The notes below the pieces were generated by a model that worked only from the letters and a program-made list of their open reading frames with translations, was not told where the DNA came from and made no database searches. The translations under genes and the position numbers were made by a program. DNA of 63,674 nt, the filler included, from Stramenopiles sp. TOSAG23-2 (Eukaryota): NCBI GenBank assembly GCA_900128395.1. It is 13 parts of 13 records of this genome, joined end to end, with 100 filler letters (N's around TTAATTAATTAA, not from the genome) between each part and the next. Parts side by side here need not be neighbours in the genome. Positions count along the whole stretch, not along the records: positions 10,362 to 15,427 come from LT650740.1; positions 15,528 to 20,587 come from LT650741.1; positions 20,688 to 25,744 come from LT650742.1; 10 more parts are not named here. One strand, written 5' to 3'. How positions within the stretch are numbered: position 1 is the stretch's first letter; every line of letters starts with the position of its first letter. Shown piece after piece: positions 10,517 to 21,041 of this stretch.

Positions 10517-12052
10517 ATGTATATAACAAAAATCTTTTCTTTTGTGAAAGACAATGCTGCATTTATCAGAGAGAATGAGTCACTGTTGCCACAATCTTGT
10601 TTGGATCTAGGTCATATCCGTAAACCACGTAAGGTATATGGCAAAAAAAAAAGGAATATTAAAGTATTCGAAAAAATCAGAATCAATGCACTGCCGTGCA
10701 TTCCAATTTTATTTGTATTTGCAAATGCAAAAGATGTTCTTGAGGTACCAGTGGTACAATCACACACTTATTCCTCAAATAAAGATTTAATTCGAGAGGC
10801 CTTTGAAAGAAATAATATGTGCAAAAAGGGTGAAGAATTTATTTTAATCAACAACAAATCGCCAGGAGGATTAAAAGTAAATCCTGGCCACAAATTTGAA
10901 AGTGGTGATACATATCTTGTTGAGTTCAAAAAACAAGTGAAAATTAAAGTTGCTTTTAAATATACATCTCGAACAGGTTATTCTTCATGGAGCGAGAAGG
11001 ATGCTAATACATTGGATGTCAATGTCTTTAACTCAGCTTCATACACTGAAAATGCTAAAATCATATCGCAACGATTAGAAGAAGAAGTTTTGCATGATCG
11101 TGAAGGTGTTAATTTTTATAGTCTTATGAAAACTTTGAAAAATTCTTCTGGTGAATCGATGAATTCCAACATGCAATTTATGGAAAACGAAATTTACACA
11201 GCATCGTGTATTGTTACATGGCGCAATATGACGCTTTTTGTTAAAACTTTAACTGGTAAAACCATCACTCTTGATGTAGAACCATCTGATACAATTGCAA
11301 ATATAAAACAAAAAATACAAGATAAAGAAGGTATCCCTCCAGGTCAACAACGTTTGATATATGCGGGACTACAATTGGAAGATTGGAAGTGCGTAAGTGA
11401 ATGCATATTATATAAGGAACAAACGATACATTTAGTATTACGTTTGCGCGGAGGCATGTATCATTGGTCATCTGGGCGTTTCGATGATTTAAAGGCTGGT
11501 GAAAATTTTGTCCAACAAATCCAATTATGTGATGATAACAGATTAGAAAAAAAAAATATCGAAATCAATGTTAACGAAGAATTGTCATACAATGAATTAT
11601 TTGCATTATTTAATAGTGCTACTGTTGTTGCAGAAGATGGTGAAGTCTCAAACAAAAAACGACAAAGATGCGATGCTGACAACAATAATAAATACAATGT
11701 CGTTGATTCGGTTAGCGATAGTAATGATGACAGTGATAAAGATGGAGATGTAGTCGCAAAAAAAACAAAAATTAATGGTAGGTATAAAAGGTCACACATG
11801 GAGAACGACAATCCTATCGTACAAAAAGTGAGGCGCAACATTGCCCTAGCATATGTCCAGCATCAAAAGGCGAGACAGCACCGGGACGATCATCCGCGCA
11901 GCGCACAGCATGCGCAAAAGGCGGCGGCGTTCATGGCCACGGTAGCCACGCACGTGCAACAAATGGACGCCGCCATGTACGATCGTACCATAAAACCGTT
12001 GATCTCAAACTTGCACTTTCCACCGGCCCTGGCCCGGTTCCTTGTTCCTTGA
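10517..12052 (+). CDS. Protein with an internal ubiquitin domain (11228..11455)
   Basis: [47 protein letters not shown]...HLVLRLRGG. The 3' end from 11798 is compositionally foreign. Confidence 0.8.
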   Translation: MYITKIFSFVKDNAAFIRENESLLPQSCLDLGHIRKPRKVYGKKKRNIKVFEKIRINALPCIPILFVFANAKDVLEVPVVQSHTYSSNKDLIREAFERNNMCKKGEEFILINNKSPGGLKVNPGHKFESGDTYLVEFKKQVKIKVAFKYTSRTGYSSWSEKDANTLDVNVFNSASYTENAKIISQRLEEEVLHDREGVNFYSLMKTLKNSSGESMNSNMQFMENEIYTASCIVTWRNMTLFVKTLTGKTITLDVEPSDTIANIKQKIQDKEGIPPGQQRLIYAGLQLEDWKCVSECILYKEQTIHLVLRLRGGMYHWSSGRFDDLKAGENFVQQIQLCDDNRLEKKNIEINVNEELSYNELFALFNSATVVAEDGEVSNKKRQRCDADNNNKYNVVDSVSDSNDDSDKDGDVVAKKTKINGRYKRSHMENDNPIVQKVRRNIALAYVQHQKARQHRDDHPRSAQHAQKAAAFMATVATHVQQMDAAMYDRTIKPLISNLHFPPALARFLVP

Positions 12053-12933
12053 GGTTCCACAGACGCAGTTTTTAAGGGGCGGGAATGCAGACCATGCACC
12101 AAGGTAATTCTATTATTTATTATATATATATTATGATAACTATGATAAATTATTAAGATACTGATGTGACTAAATTATAAGTATGACGAAGATGAATCTC
12201 TTGATATTTTAATATGATACATGTATGTTCTACTCCCTCTTCTACATATGATATATAGCAAATATATTTATGGATATACATTTCAAATGTTTACCAATTG
12301 CAACTACTACAAATACCCACTATTGATGGGCCACACACTTTTTGCACACTGATGGCACACCAGCACACTCACCAAGATTCATTTTTATCCTCAAATGCCA
12401 CACAGGCTGGGCTGGCCAGGCAAAAATAATAAGACCCTTTATGTTTATTTATATTAAGTTTGCGAAGTTAAAGTCTGTATTAGTAGTATGGTATGCTCTG
12501 ATAAAAAACCTTATTTGATAGGTCTTTTTTTGGGATTTTTTGTCGCTTTATTATTATAGTAGTCGTCTGGTACAGTAGTACCTGGTAGTATAGAAAAAAA
12601 ATAAAAAATTCTATCTCTATTCTGATCTATAGGTGCATAGGTCTAACAGGTACTGTTCTGAACTGTGGACTGTTGTGCGACTGCTGGATTTTCTACCAGT
12701 CTTCTACTTACACTATACAAAACACTTTTTTAAATTTCAACAACAAAATAAAACACAAAAACGAAGCATCAACAACAACAGATATAGATAGACGTGCAGC
12801 AAAAATATACAATAAGACGCACAATAACAAATTAGACAAATAAATTTATAAGTAGATTTATAACTTTGAAAAATAGAAAATAATAAATAGATACAATATA
12901 GATATATAGACGTTCCATAATACATATAGAGTG

Positions 12934-14658
12934 ATGACAAGTATATCGAAATCATCACCAACATTGTTAAAAAAAAAGAAGAAAAAGGACAATAATACCA
13001 GTGATGAATTTAAAAAAGAAATAATACAGCATCTTTTGCCATGGCCTGGTGAAGTTAGGCAAGGACAACTATTTACATGGGGACGTGGATCGCATGGACA
13101 ATTAGGTCATGGAATGTATTATCCAAAAGAAAATTGTGCTATACCATATCCTGTGCCAAAAATGAATAATGTTATTTGGGTTTCATGTGGTGGTGGACAA
13201 CAAGGTTGTACTGCATGTGTTACAAACCTAGGCGCTGTATATACGTTTGGTAACAATAGTGGTCATCGATTGGGACATAAAGATGTAAAGACACCAAATG
13301 AACGTGTTCGGCAACCAAAATTAGTAAAATATTTAGATCACGATCCGATTATCCAAGTATCATGTGGCTTGTATCATATGTTAGCATTATCGCGTCTTGG
13401 AACTGTATATAGTTGGGGAACCAACCGTTCTGGTGTATTAGGTGTTGGTGTGCAAGATCAAAAACACGTGGAACATCAACCTATATTAATTCAACGATTA
13501 GATAATATATTATGGATTAATTGTGAAAGTGATTATTGTGGCTGTTTAAATAATACAGGACGTGTTTATATGTGGGGAAGTAATTTATGGGGTGGCGGTG
13601 TTGGTGGGCGAACAAAAGGTCCAAAATGGACTGGGAAATTAGGACTAGGTGAGGAAGCTGGTAAATATAAAAGTGTCCCTCAAGTTCTTTCCAGTTTATC
13701 TAATGCTTTTATACAACGATTAAATTTAGGTTCTGTTTATGCGGGATGTTGCTCGGAAGATGGTGCATTGTATATGTGGGGTTATGGTGGTCATGGTAAC
13801 TTAGGCTTAGGAAACAGAAAGAGTTATTCATCGCCACAACGTGTTGAATATTTAAAAGATGAATCAATAATAGACGTCGCGTGTACTGTTGGACAAGAAG
13901 GCCCAAAAGGAGATTTTTATCCAAAGAAAACAGGCGGTGAGGGTCCACATACGATTTGCCTCAGCTTAACAGGGGATATATATACATTTGGTACGTGTCA
14001 TAAAGGTGTCTTATCGAATTTAGCAGCAAAAACAGGTGCATTTAATGAACCATTTGATGAGTTGTTACCATATAAAGTTGGTTATGATAAAATAAAAAAT
14101 GCAACAAATAAACCACCAATAAGTCCACATGCTGCTTGGCCACCACCATATGCCAAAGCAATGGGGGCACCCGTATGCTCTATTGTCAGTGCTCATATAC
14201 ATTGTGGATTAATAACATCTAAAGGTGAAGCGTGGGCATGGGGTTGTGGTAGCAACGATGGCCGATGTGGCGTTGAACGTTTCTTAAATATGTCTGGTGA
14301 TGATCGCCCACCAAAAGTTGATGAAATGAAATGTTACCTGATGCAACCGCATCGTATAGGGGTGGCAAGAAAGGAATATTGGAAATATGGCAAAGGTTTG
14401 CAAGATGTTAATGTATTGCAAATTGCCAGTGGAAGAAATCATATGGCAGCAATTGGCTTAGTCAAAGACGATTTAATAAAAAATACAAAAGAATATTTAG
14501 ATCAAAAGAAAAAAGCGGATGAAGTTAGTAGCAATTTATCTATTACCAGCAGTAGTAGTGATGATGATGAGAATGAAAAGGATCAGGATAATAATCATAC
14601 TAGCACAACAAATATAGAATATAGCGAAAGTATGATTTCCATAAAGGGTCAAAAATAA
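12934..14658 (+). CDS. RCC1/BLIP-II repeat protein
   Basis: Repeated motifs such as LFTWGRGSHGQLG, VSCGLYHMLAL..VYSWG and LYMWGYGGHGNLGLG. Confidence 0.9.
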   Translation: MTSISKSSPTLLKKKKKKDNNTSDEFKKEIIQHLLPWPGEVRQGQLFTWGRGSHGQLGHGMYYPKENCAIPYPVPKMNNVIWVSCGGGQQGCTACVTNLGAVYTFGNNSGHRLGHKDVKTPNERVRQPKLVKYLDHDPIIQVSCGLYHMLALSRLGTVYSWGTNRSGVLGVGVQDQKHVEHQPILIQRLDNILWINCESDYCGCLNNTGRVYMWGSNLWGGGVGGRTKGPKWTGKLGLGEEAGKYKSVPQVLSSLSNAFIQRLNLGSVYAGCCSEDGALYMWGYGGHGNLGLGNRKSYSSPQRVEYLKDESIIDVACTVGQEGPKGDFYPKKTGGEGPHTICLSLTGDIYTFGTCHKGVLSNLAAKTGAFNEPFDELLPYKVGYDKIKNATNKPPISPHAAWPPPYAKAMGAPVCSIVSAHIHCGLITSKGEAWAWGCGSNDGRCGVERFLNMSGDDRPPKVDEMKCYLMQPHRIGVARKEYWKYGKGLQDVNVLQIASGRNHMAAIGLVKDDLIKNTKEYLDQKKKADEVSSNLSITSSSSDDDENEKDQDNNHTSTTNIEYSESMISIKGQK

Positions 14659-14878
14659 TAAAATAAAATATTTTTAAATATTTTATATAATACGCTTGTA
14701 TAAAAAAAAAAGAATCAAAAAAATAATTTTACGCCCCAAATAAACGCCACACACATAAAATATATAAAATATACGACTTCGTAACAGAAACGACGACGGG
14801 ATTCAAAAAATATGTTTTATTTTCCAAATGGTAAATTTTATACACACAGAGAAGTGTTCTTCTTCTTTTCTTCTTTTT

Positions 14879-15194
14879 TTAAGTTTTTTTCTTCATTAAT
14901 TCATCGTATGTACGGATCAATGTTTGCCATTTATCTTTTTCAGTCAAATAAGGCATTAGATTTTTTCTCCTCTTACTTTTATTCCCTGGATTTGGTGCCT
15001 TCATTAAACGTAACCAGTGCCCCAATTGTGCTGTGGTAAAGCCATTAATATCCACCCACGTACCCCGTTGTTTATTTATATGTTTATTATTCCTTCTCAT
15101 ATAAAGGCATCCCACAATATCACGTTTCAGTTTTACATGTCGAAGATCTTTTTTCAATTGGTTTTGAGGATCAAGAACATCCGTGTCATCATAC

Positions 15195-15225
<31 letters not shown>

Positions 15226-15427
15226 AAACATCATCGTCGTCGTCGTCTAAGTCGCTAAAATGACCACCCTTGCTTTGCCTGTCCTCCTCCTCATCCGATT
15301 CTTCCTTATCCGATTCTTCCTCATCGCTGGATTTTCCCTCTTCTTCTGACTCTTCCGATCCCTCTTCCGATTCCGATTCCGATTCCTCCTCGCTGTCTTC
15401 ATCATCTCCATCAACTTTATCCTCTGC
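14879..15427 (-). CDS. C-terminal fragment of an acidic protein ending in a SAP/HEH-like motif (5' truncated)
   Basis: The frame is open from the contig edge (AEDKVDGDDEDSEEES...DDDD) into INGFTTAQLGHWLRLMKAPNPGNKSKRRKNL. Confidence 0.55.
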
Positions 15428-15527
15428 NNNNNNNNNNNNNNNNNNNNNNNNNNNNNNNNNNNNNNNNNNNNTTAATTAATTAANNNNNNNNNNNNNNNNN
15501 NNNNNNNNNNNNNNNNNNNNNNNNNNN
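15428..15527. other. Artificial contig linker
   Basis: N44-TTAATTAATTAA-N44. Confidence 0.98.
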
Positions 15528-15528
15528 T

Positions 15529-18081
15529 GGTATGGATGTATGTTCCAGAAAGCCATTATTAGTGACCTGTGGTGTGGATCGTAGTGTCAGAATATGGAAT
15601 TACACGACGAAAAAGTGTGAACTAGTGAAGTTTTTCGCAGATGAGCCATCTAGCGTATCAATGCACCCATCTGGTTTACATGTACTTGTTGGGTTTACTG
15701 ACAAATTGCGTATGATGAATTTGTTGATGGATGACATACGTATTGTGAAAGAATTTCCAATTAAAAGTTGTCGGGAAAGTAAATTTTCAGTTGGTGGGCA
15801 TTACTTTGCAGCTGTTAATGGCAATGCAATCAATGTTTATACAACATATACGTGTGAATTAGTCAATGTGCTACGAGGCCACAATTCACGTGTCAATTCC
15901 TTGCGATGGACACACAATGATCAACGTTTGTTATCAGCTGGTAAGGATGGTGGTATTTACTCATGGAATTACATGGCAGCTACGCAGCAACGGGAAGGTG
16001 AAAGTGTTTTAAAAGGATGTCAATACACATCTGTCACTAGTAATGTAGAAGGCAACCAAGTATTTGCAGTTGGTTCCGATAGCCAAGTGAAAGCAATGGA
16101 ATTTCAAGGTACAAGCACGAACACGGTAACGGAATTGACTGTTGATGTTCTCCCTGGCCACGTTACCATCACTCGCAGTGCTCGATTTCTATTTGTCGGT
16201 ACGATTACTTCTGGTTCCCCTGGTCATGTCATTCCATATAAAATGCCAATTGTTGGTGACGTCGCGCCAATTCCTGCTTTGGGTGCACCCATTACTCGCA
16301 TGGCAGTGTCATTTTGCGATCAATTTCTTTTCGTTGCTGGTGAGGATGGATGTGTTATGATGTACGATGTGAAAGATAAGGATGGGCGTGGCCGTAGCAA
16401 TATTGGTTTAGGTCGTGATCAAAAAGGGCGTTTGATTTACTCGGAAGAAATTTTAGTTACCAAAGGTGATTTAGAAGATCAAAATTCTCAAATGCATGAG
16501 TTGGAATCGCAAGTAGATGAGTTAACTTTACATAATGAATATCAATTGCGTTTGAAAGATATGGATTACAACGAAAAGATCAAAGAGGTGACGGAGAAAT
16601 TTACACAAGATTTAGAACACCATAAAAATCGATACGAGTTACTTCGCGAGGAGAAAAATGATTTGGAAATGGAGGAAGAAGAGAAAATCAAACACATGGA
16701 AGAAGCTCATTTGCATAAATTGCAACAAATTGAAGCAAGTTACCAACAAAAAATCATGGAAGAAGTAGAGCGTTTCCAACAATTAGTGGAAGAGCGTGAT
16801 ATTCAACAGCAGCGTTGGGATCAGCAACAAAAAGAATTAATCGAGGCAAACGAAGGGCAAATTTCAGCATTAGTGGATGATTATGAACAAAAATTGCAAG
16901 AGGACAAAGAAGTTAGAAAAGCAATGGATGAGCAAAAGCGTGAATTGGGCCGCGTATTCGATGAAACACAGCGGCAATTGGAGGAAGATGTTGATCAAGA
17001 AATTGAGGATTTGAAAAAAAATAACGAAAACAAGTTAAGTGCTGAGCGTGAAGCTACTTTGCGTTACAAAGGTGAAAATGGTATCATGAAGAAGAAATTC
17101 AGTGCATTGACCAAAGACATTGAGGTCCAACGGGAAGATTTAAGAGCCATGAGTGAGAAGGAAGAAGAATTGAAAACTACTATTTCCGATTTAGAAAGTG
17201 AAATTCAATTACATAAAAAAGATATTCGGGAACGCGATGAGACGATTGGTGAGAAGGAAAAGAAAATTTACGAGTTAAAGAAAAAGAACCAAGAATTGGA
17301 AAAATTCAAATTTGTATTAGATTATAAAATTAAAGATTTAAATAGGCAAATTGAGCCACGTGAAAATGAAATTACAGACATGAAAGAAAACATTACCGAA
17401 ATGGACCATGAATTGGAACAATATCATAAAATGAACGCTGCATTAGATCAAATGATTGGTGAAAACCGTGAAAAATTAGACACCATGCAACGTGAAATAA
17501 TGAAACGCAGGCAAAAAATTCGTGACCGTTTATCGTTTATCGATTCATTCCAAAGTGAATTGCATGAATGTGTACAATTGATTCAAGAACCAGCAAAATT
17601 GAAAATTGCAGTGGAACATTTATATAAGAAATTCGTTAGGAAAGAAATCAAAAGTGGCGAATTAGATGCTGATATTACAAGCGAATATCAAAGGCAAAAG
17701 GAATATTTGGAAAAAAGTGTAGATGCGTTAAAACGCCGTTTGACTCGTGACAGTGCGTTGCATAAAGCAGATAATCAACGTGTTATGATGGCAAATATGG
17801 GTTTAGTTAAAGAAATTAATACTCTTAGGAAAAATGTTCGAGCCATACGTATGCAAGCGAAAGATAGTGATAGTAGTTCATCAGGCCCTGCAATTAATGT
17901 GCCAGGACCTTCCACACAGCAAGGTGGATCGATAGGAGACCGATTGAAACAACAGAAAAATGATATTGGTCAATTGAAAAATTATATAAAAAAATTGGAA
18001 AACAGTATGGTTGCAAGTCGACCAATATCAAGAGAAAAATTGCCACCGATGGAATTATCTGGTGGTGGTTATAACCAGTAA
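15529..18081 (+). CDS. CFAP57: Cilia- and flagella-associated protein 57 (WD40 + coiled coil), 5' truncated
   Basis: GMDVCSRKPLLVTCGVDRSVRIWNY, HPSGLHVLVGFTDKLRMMNLLMDD and the conserved coiled coil IYELKKKNQELEKFKFVLDYKIKDL..QIEPRE. Confidence 0.93.
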   Translation, partial: GMDVCSRKPLLVTCGVDRSVRIWNYTTKKCELVKFFADEPSSVSMHPSGLHVLVGFTDKLRMMNLLMDDIRIVKEFPIKSCRESKFSVGGHYFAAVNGNAINVYTTYTCELVNVLRGHNSRVNSLRWTHNDQRLLSAGKDGGIYSWNYMAATQQREGESVLKGCQYTSVTSNVEGNQVFAVGSDSQVKAMEFQGTSTNTVTELTVDVLPGHVTITRSARFLFVGTITSGSPGHVIPYKMPIVGDVAPIPALGAPITRMAVSFCDQFLFVAGEDGCVMMYDVKDKDGRGRSNIGLGRDQKGRLIYSEEILVTKGDLEDQNSQMHELESQVDELTLHNEYQLRLKDMDYNEKIKEVTEKFTQDLEHHKNRYELLREEKNDLEMEEEEKIKHMEEAHLHKLQQIEASYQQKIMEEVERFQQLVEERDIQQQRWDQQQKELIEANEGQISALVDDYEQKLQEDKEVRKAMDEQKRELGRVFDETQRQLEEDVDQEIEDLKKNNENKLSAEREATLRYKGENGIMKKKFSALTKDIEVQREDLRAMSEKEEELKTTISDLESEIQLHKKDIRERDETIGEKEKKIYELKKKNQELEKFKFVLDYKIKDLNRQIEPRENEITDMKENITEMDHELEQYHKMNAALDQMIGENREKLDTMQREIMKRRQKIRDRLSFIDSFQSELHECVQLIQEPAKLKIAVEHLYKKFVRKEIKSGELDADITSEYQRQKEYLEKSVDALKRRLTRDSALHKADNQRVMMANMGLVKEINTLRKNVRAIRMQAKDSDSSSSGPAINVPGPSTQQGGSIGDRLKQQKNDIGQLKNYIKKLENSMVASRPISREKLPPMELSGGGYNQ

Positions 18082-18474
18082 AAAGACGTTTACATTATAT
18101 ATCATATATATGTGTCCAAGAATGTTTAAAATTAAAAAAGTGTTTTTTTTTATTTTTAAAAAAATACGAAATAGAATACGAACATAATTTTTTATTATCT
18201 CCTCTGAAAAAATATTGTGCGCAATACTCAATCTATAAGAAAAGTAATTTAATCCTAATTCTCTGGGAGAGATATAATAAAGCTCTCATGCGCCGCCGCA
18301 AGCTAATACTCTATTACACCTCGATGAAAGTGAAATGTGAAACCCAGCATATGATATCAATTCGATTTCCAGTGCACACATATTACTTCGTACATTTTAT
18401 ACCACACTAGCGTCGAAAAATGTATTACAAAAAAGTGTTCGAGAGCTCTTCTCGCACATACTTGTTTTCTTTTT

Positions 18475-19923
18475 CTAATCCGCTTGTTGTGGATTATTTT
18501 GTTGAGCTTCGTTTGCTTTATTTTTAATTTTATTCAGACTAATTAATAATGACGATGCATCTGGTCTTTTAATACAATCTTTATCAAACATGGATAGCAA
18601 AAGTTGTTTATATTCATTTGATAAATGTTTTAACACTTTATCCATAATTAACTTTACACTGTCTGGATGTCGATATAAAGCATTATGATTCAAAACTACT
18701 TCGGCTGCTCCAAGTAAACTGAGACAAACAACTCCCAATGCCCAAATGTCACTTGGAGTTCCACGACTACGAAATTGTTTATCTTCCGGTGAAATATATG
18801 CTTTCGTACCAACACGTTTGCTTCGTGTAGAATGCATATTCAAATTTTCATTGCTTGTAAATGTATCAAAATCAATAAAAGCAACGTCGCCGAAGTTTTT
18901 CCTATCTTTTTTCAAAATTATATTTTCCAATTTAATATCACGATGTGATCCAACTTTGTGTACATTTTTTAAAATTTTCAAACAACCAGGTAAAAATTCT
19001 TCCATAATTGTTTCTTCTGGGCATGGATATTTTATTTCACGAGTATTCATCAAGGCATCAAATAGATCGACGCCTTCAAAACGTTCCATAATTAGTCCTC
19101 TTTGAAATGCACCTGCAGAGGAGGAATGCAATAGCTGGCTATCATTACTACTTTCTGGCGATACCATAACATTTTTCGTATAATTAATAAATTTTGGAAC
19201 ATTAGGAATATCTTTTAATAAAAGTAATGTCCGCATTTCTGAATTAATTTTTCGTTGTGCCGCTTTATTTTTGTACACTTTGATTGCAATTTTATTTGAT
19301 AAACCATAAACGTCGGAATTAGCACCAGATCCTAAAAGCGTCTTCGTATTTCCTTTTTCTTTCAAATCAATGTAAACTGGGCAATCTTCTTGCGCATATA
19401 ATCTAGTCATTGCTAAATTAAAACTGTCCTCATCATTTTGATTAATACTCATTTTAAATTTCTTTTTTTCACCTCCTTCTTCTACTTGTTGTGAATAATT
19501 AGAGGAATCACAAGAACCTATTGAACTCGAAGTAGATTTTACTCTCATGATGTTATCACTAGAATTGTATAAATTACTTTCATCCGACTCTTCAAGCGGA
19601 TCATTCACTTGTACAAGTTTTTTTTGTTTTTTACGTTCTGGACTTGCAATGGGAGATGATTCTTCGATTCCATTGTTGCAATTATTTTCATTCGAAGTTG
19701 GGGTATTTTCCTTTACTTCGTCGTCACATACATACATATCTGCTGCTTGACTAGCAAATATAAAATTTGACATTTTACTAAAAATTAAATTTGCTTTTTT
19801 TCTGAAGAAATTATTTAAACTATGACTTGATTTGTGTACGGAATGTCCGGTGTGCGATGAATTCGAGGAATGTACACGTCGTTTATTTTGGTTTTTATAA
19901 TAAAAATTTAATATTGATGACAT
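18475..19923 (-). CDS. Ser/Thr protein kinase (CAMK-like) with DFD in place of DFG
   Basis: LGSGANSDV, IAIK, HRDIKLEN, IDFD, VGTKAYISPE and SDIWALG. The start may instead be the ATG at 19773. Confidence 0.85.
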   Translation of the reverse strand: MSSILNFYYKNQNKRRVHSSNSSHTGHSVHKSSHSLNNFFRKKANLIFSKMSNFIFASQAADMYVCDDEVKENTPTSNENNCNNGIEESSPIASPERKKQKKLVQVNDPLEESDESNLYNSSDNIMRVKSTSSSIGSCDSSNYSQQVEEGGEKKKFKMSINQNDEDSFNLAMTRLYAQEDCPVYIDLKEKGNTKTLLGSGANSDVYGLSNKIAIKVYKNKAAQRKINSEMRTLLLLKDIPNVPKFINYTKNVMVSPESSNDSQLLHSSSAGAFQRGLIMERFEGVDLFDALMNTREIKYPCPEETIMEEFLPGCLKILKNVHKVGSHRDIKLENIILKKDRKNFGDVAFIDFDTFTSNENLNMHSTRSKRVGTKAYISPEDKQFRSRGTPSDIWALGVVCLSLLGAAEVVLNHNALYRHPDSVKLIMDKVLKHLSNEYKQLLLSMFDKDCIKRPDASSLLISLNKIKNKANEAQQNNPQQAD

Positions 19924-20587
19924 TTTATACTTTGTTTTGTTGTTTATGTTTTGGTGTCTATCACAGTGTTGCTCTTGTATATATATCAGTAGTTTTGTGT
20001 GAGTGAGTGATGGTACCTGCTACTGCAAGGCTATAGCTTTTATTAAAATTTTGATATCCTCATCAAGAGTCCTGAAAATAGAGGTAAATAGCATTAAAGT
20101 GGGAGAGATATAAAAAGACAATCACCGATCCGCAAACTCCCTCCTCCATCTTATATACTGTAAGTATAAGAAAAGCACTCCTAACAAATATAAAATTTCC
20201 AGTGATCAGTGATCTTTTTGGGAATGATTTAGTATGGTCATAGCATTATGCACCACAGGTTTGCAGTTTTGGCGGCGTTACTCAACTCAAGTAGGCCTCT
20301 CTTTATCATACGGACACCTATCAAAATAGCAGGTAGATATCATTAAGCGTTATATATAGCATGGGAATAGGCCGTATAAAACTAACAAGAGCGACGACTC
20401 TTCATTTTTCGCTGCACATCACTTAATCACCGATCACCATCAAATTAAAAATCTCTTCTTCTTCTTTTTTATTATTATATTTTTATTTTTTTTTTGAATA
20501 ATAAATATGTAACCAGGTTTATAAAATAGCATTGCAATACAAGTAAAATTAATGACGACTAATAATAATTAAATAATTAATATTATC

Positions 20588-20687
20588 NNNNNNNNNNNNN
20601 NNNNNNNNNNNNNNNNNNNNNNNNNNNNNNNTTAATTAATTAANNNNNNNNNNNNNNNNNNNNNNNNNNNNNNNNNNNNNNNNNNNN
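20588..20687. other. Artificial contig linker
   Basis: N44-TTAATTAATTAA-N44. Confidence 0.98.
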
Positions 20688-21041
20688 TTTCTCATTGTCG
20701 TTATCCAATTTAACTTTCAATTTTCCATCCTTACGGGAGGGCGCCGCAATAACTGTCCCTCTACTTCCTTGTTTAAATGTTGCATTACCTGTTGTATAGA
20801 TATACTTCGCATTATACTGCGACGTTCGTATAAATCATTACATTGTACGAACTCGCGCTCCGTATAAATAATTCGTTTTCTTTTTTATTTCGTAAAAAAT
20901 ATTAAATAAAAATATATAAAAAAATATAAAATCTCCTCTCTCTCTCTCTCTCGATTTCCTCATTCTGGCATTTTTGAAAATTAATGTGTGTGTTGTGTCA
21001 GTCCAAGACTAAGAAAAAAAAAAAACAATCGGCACAAGTTT

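Noticed and set aside
20688-20820. Possible exon fragment on the minus strand (YNAKYIYTTG...GSRGTVIAAPSRKDGKLKVKLDND)
   Set aside because: Too short, no start codon, and truncated by the linker; cannot be supported as a feature.
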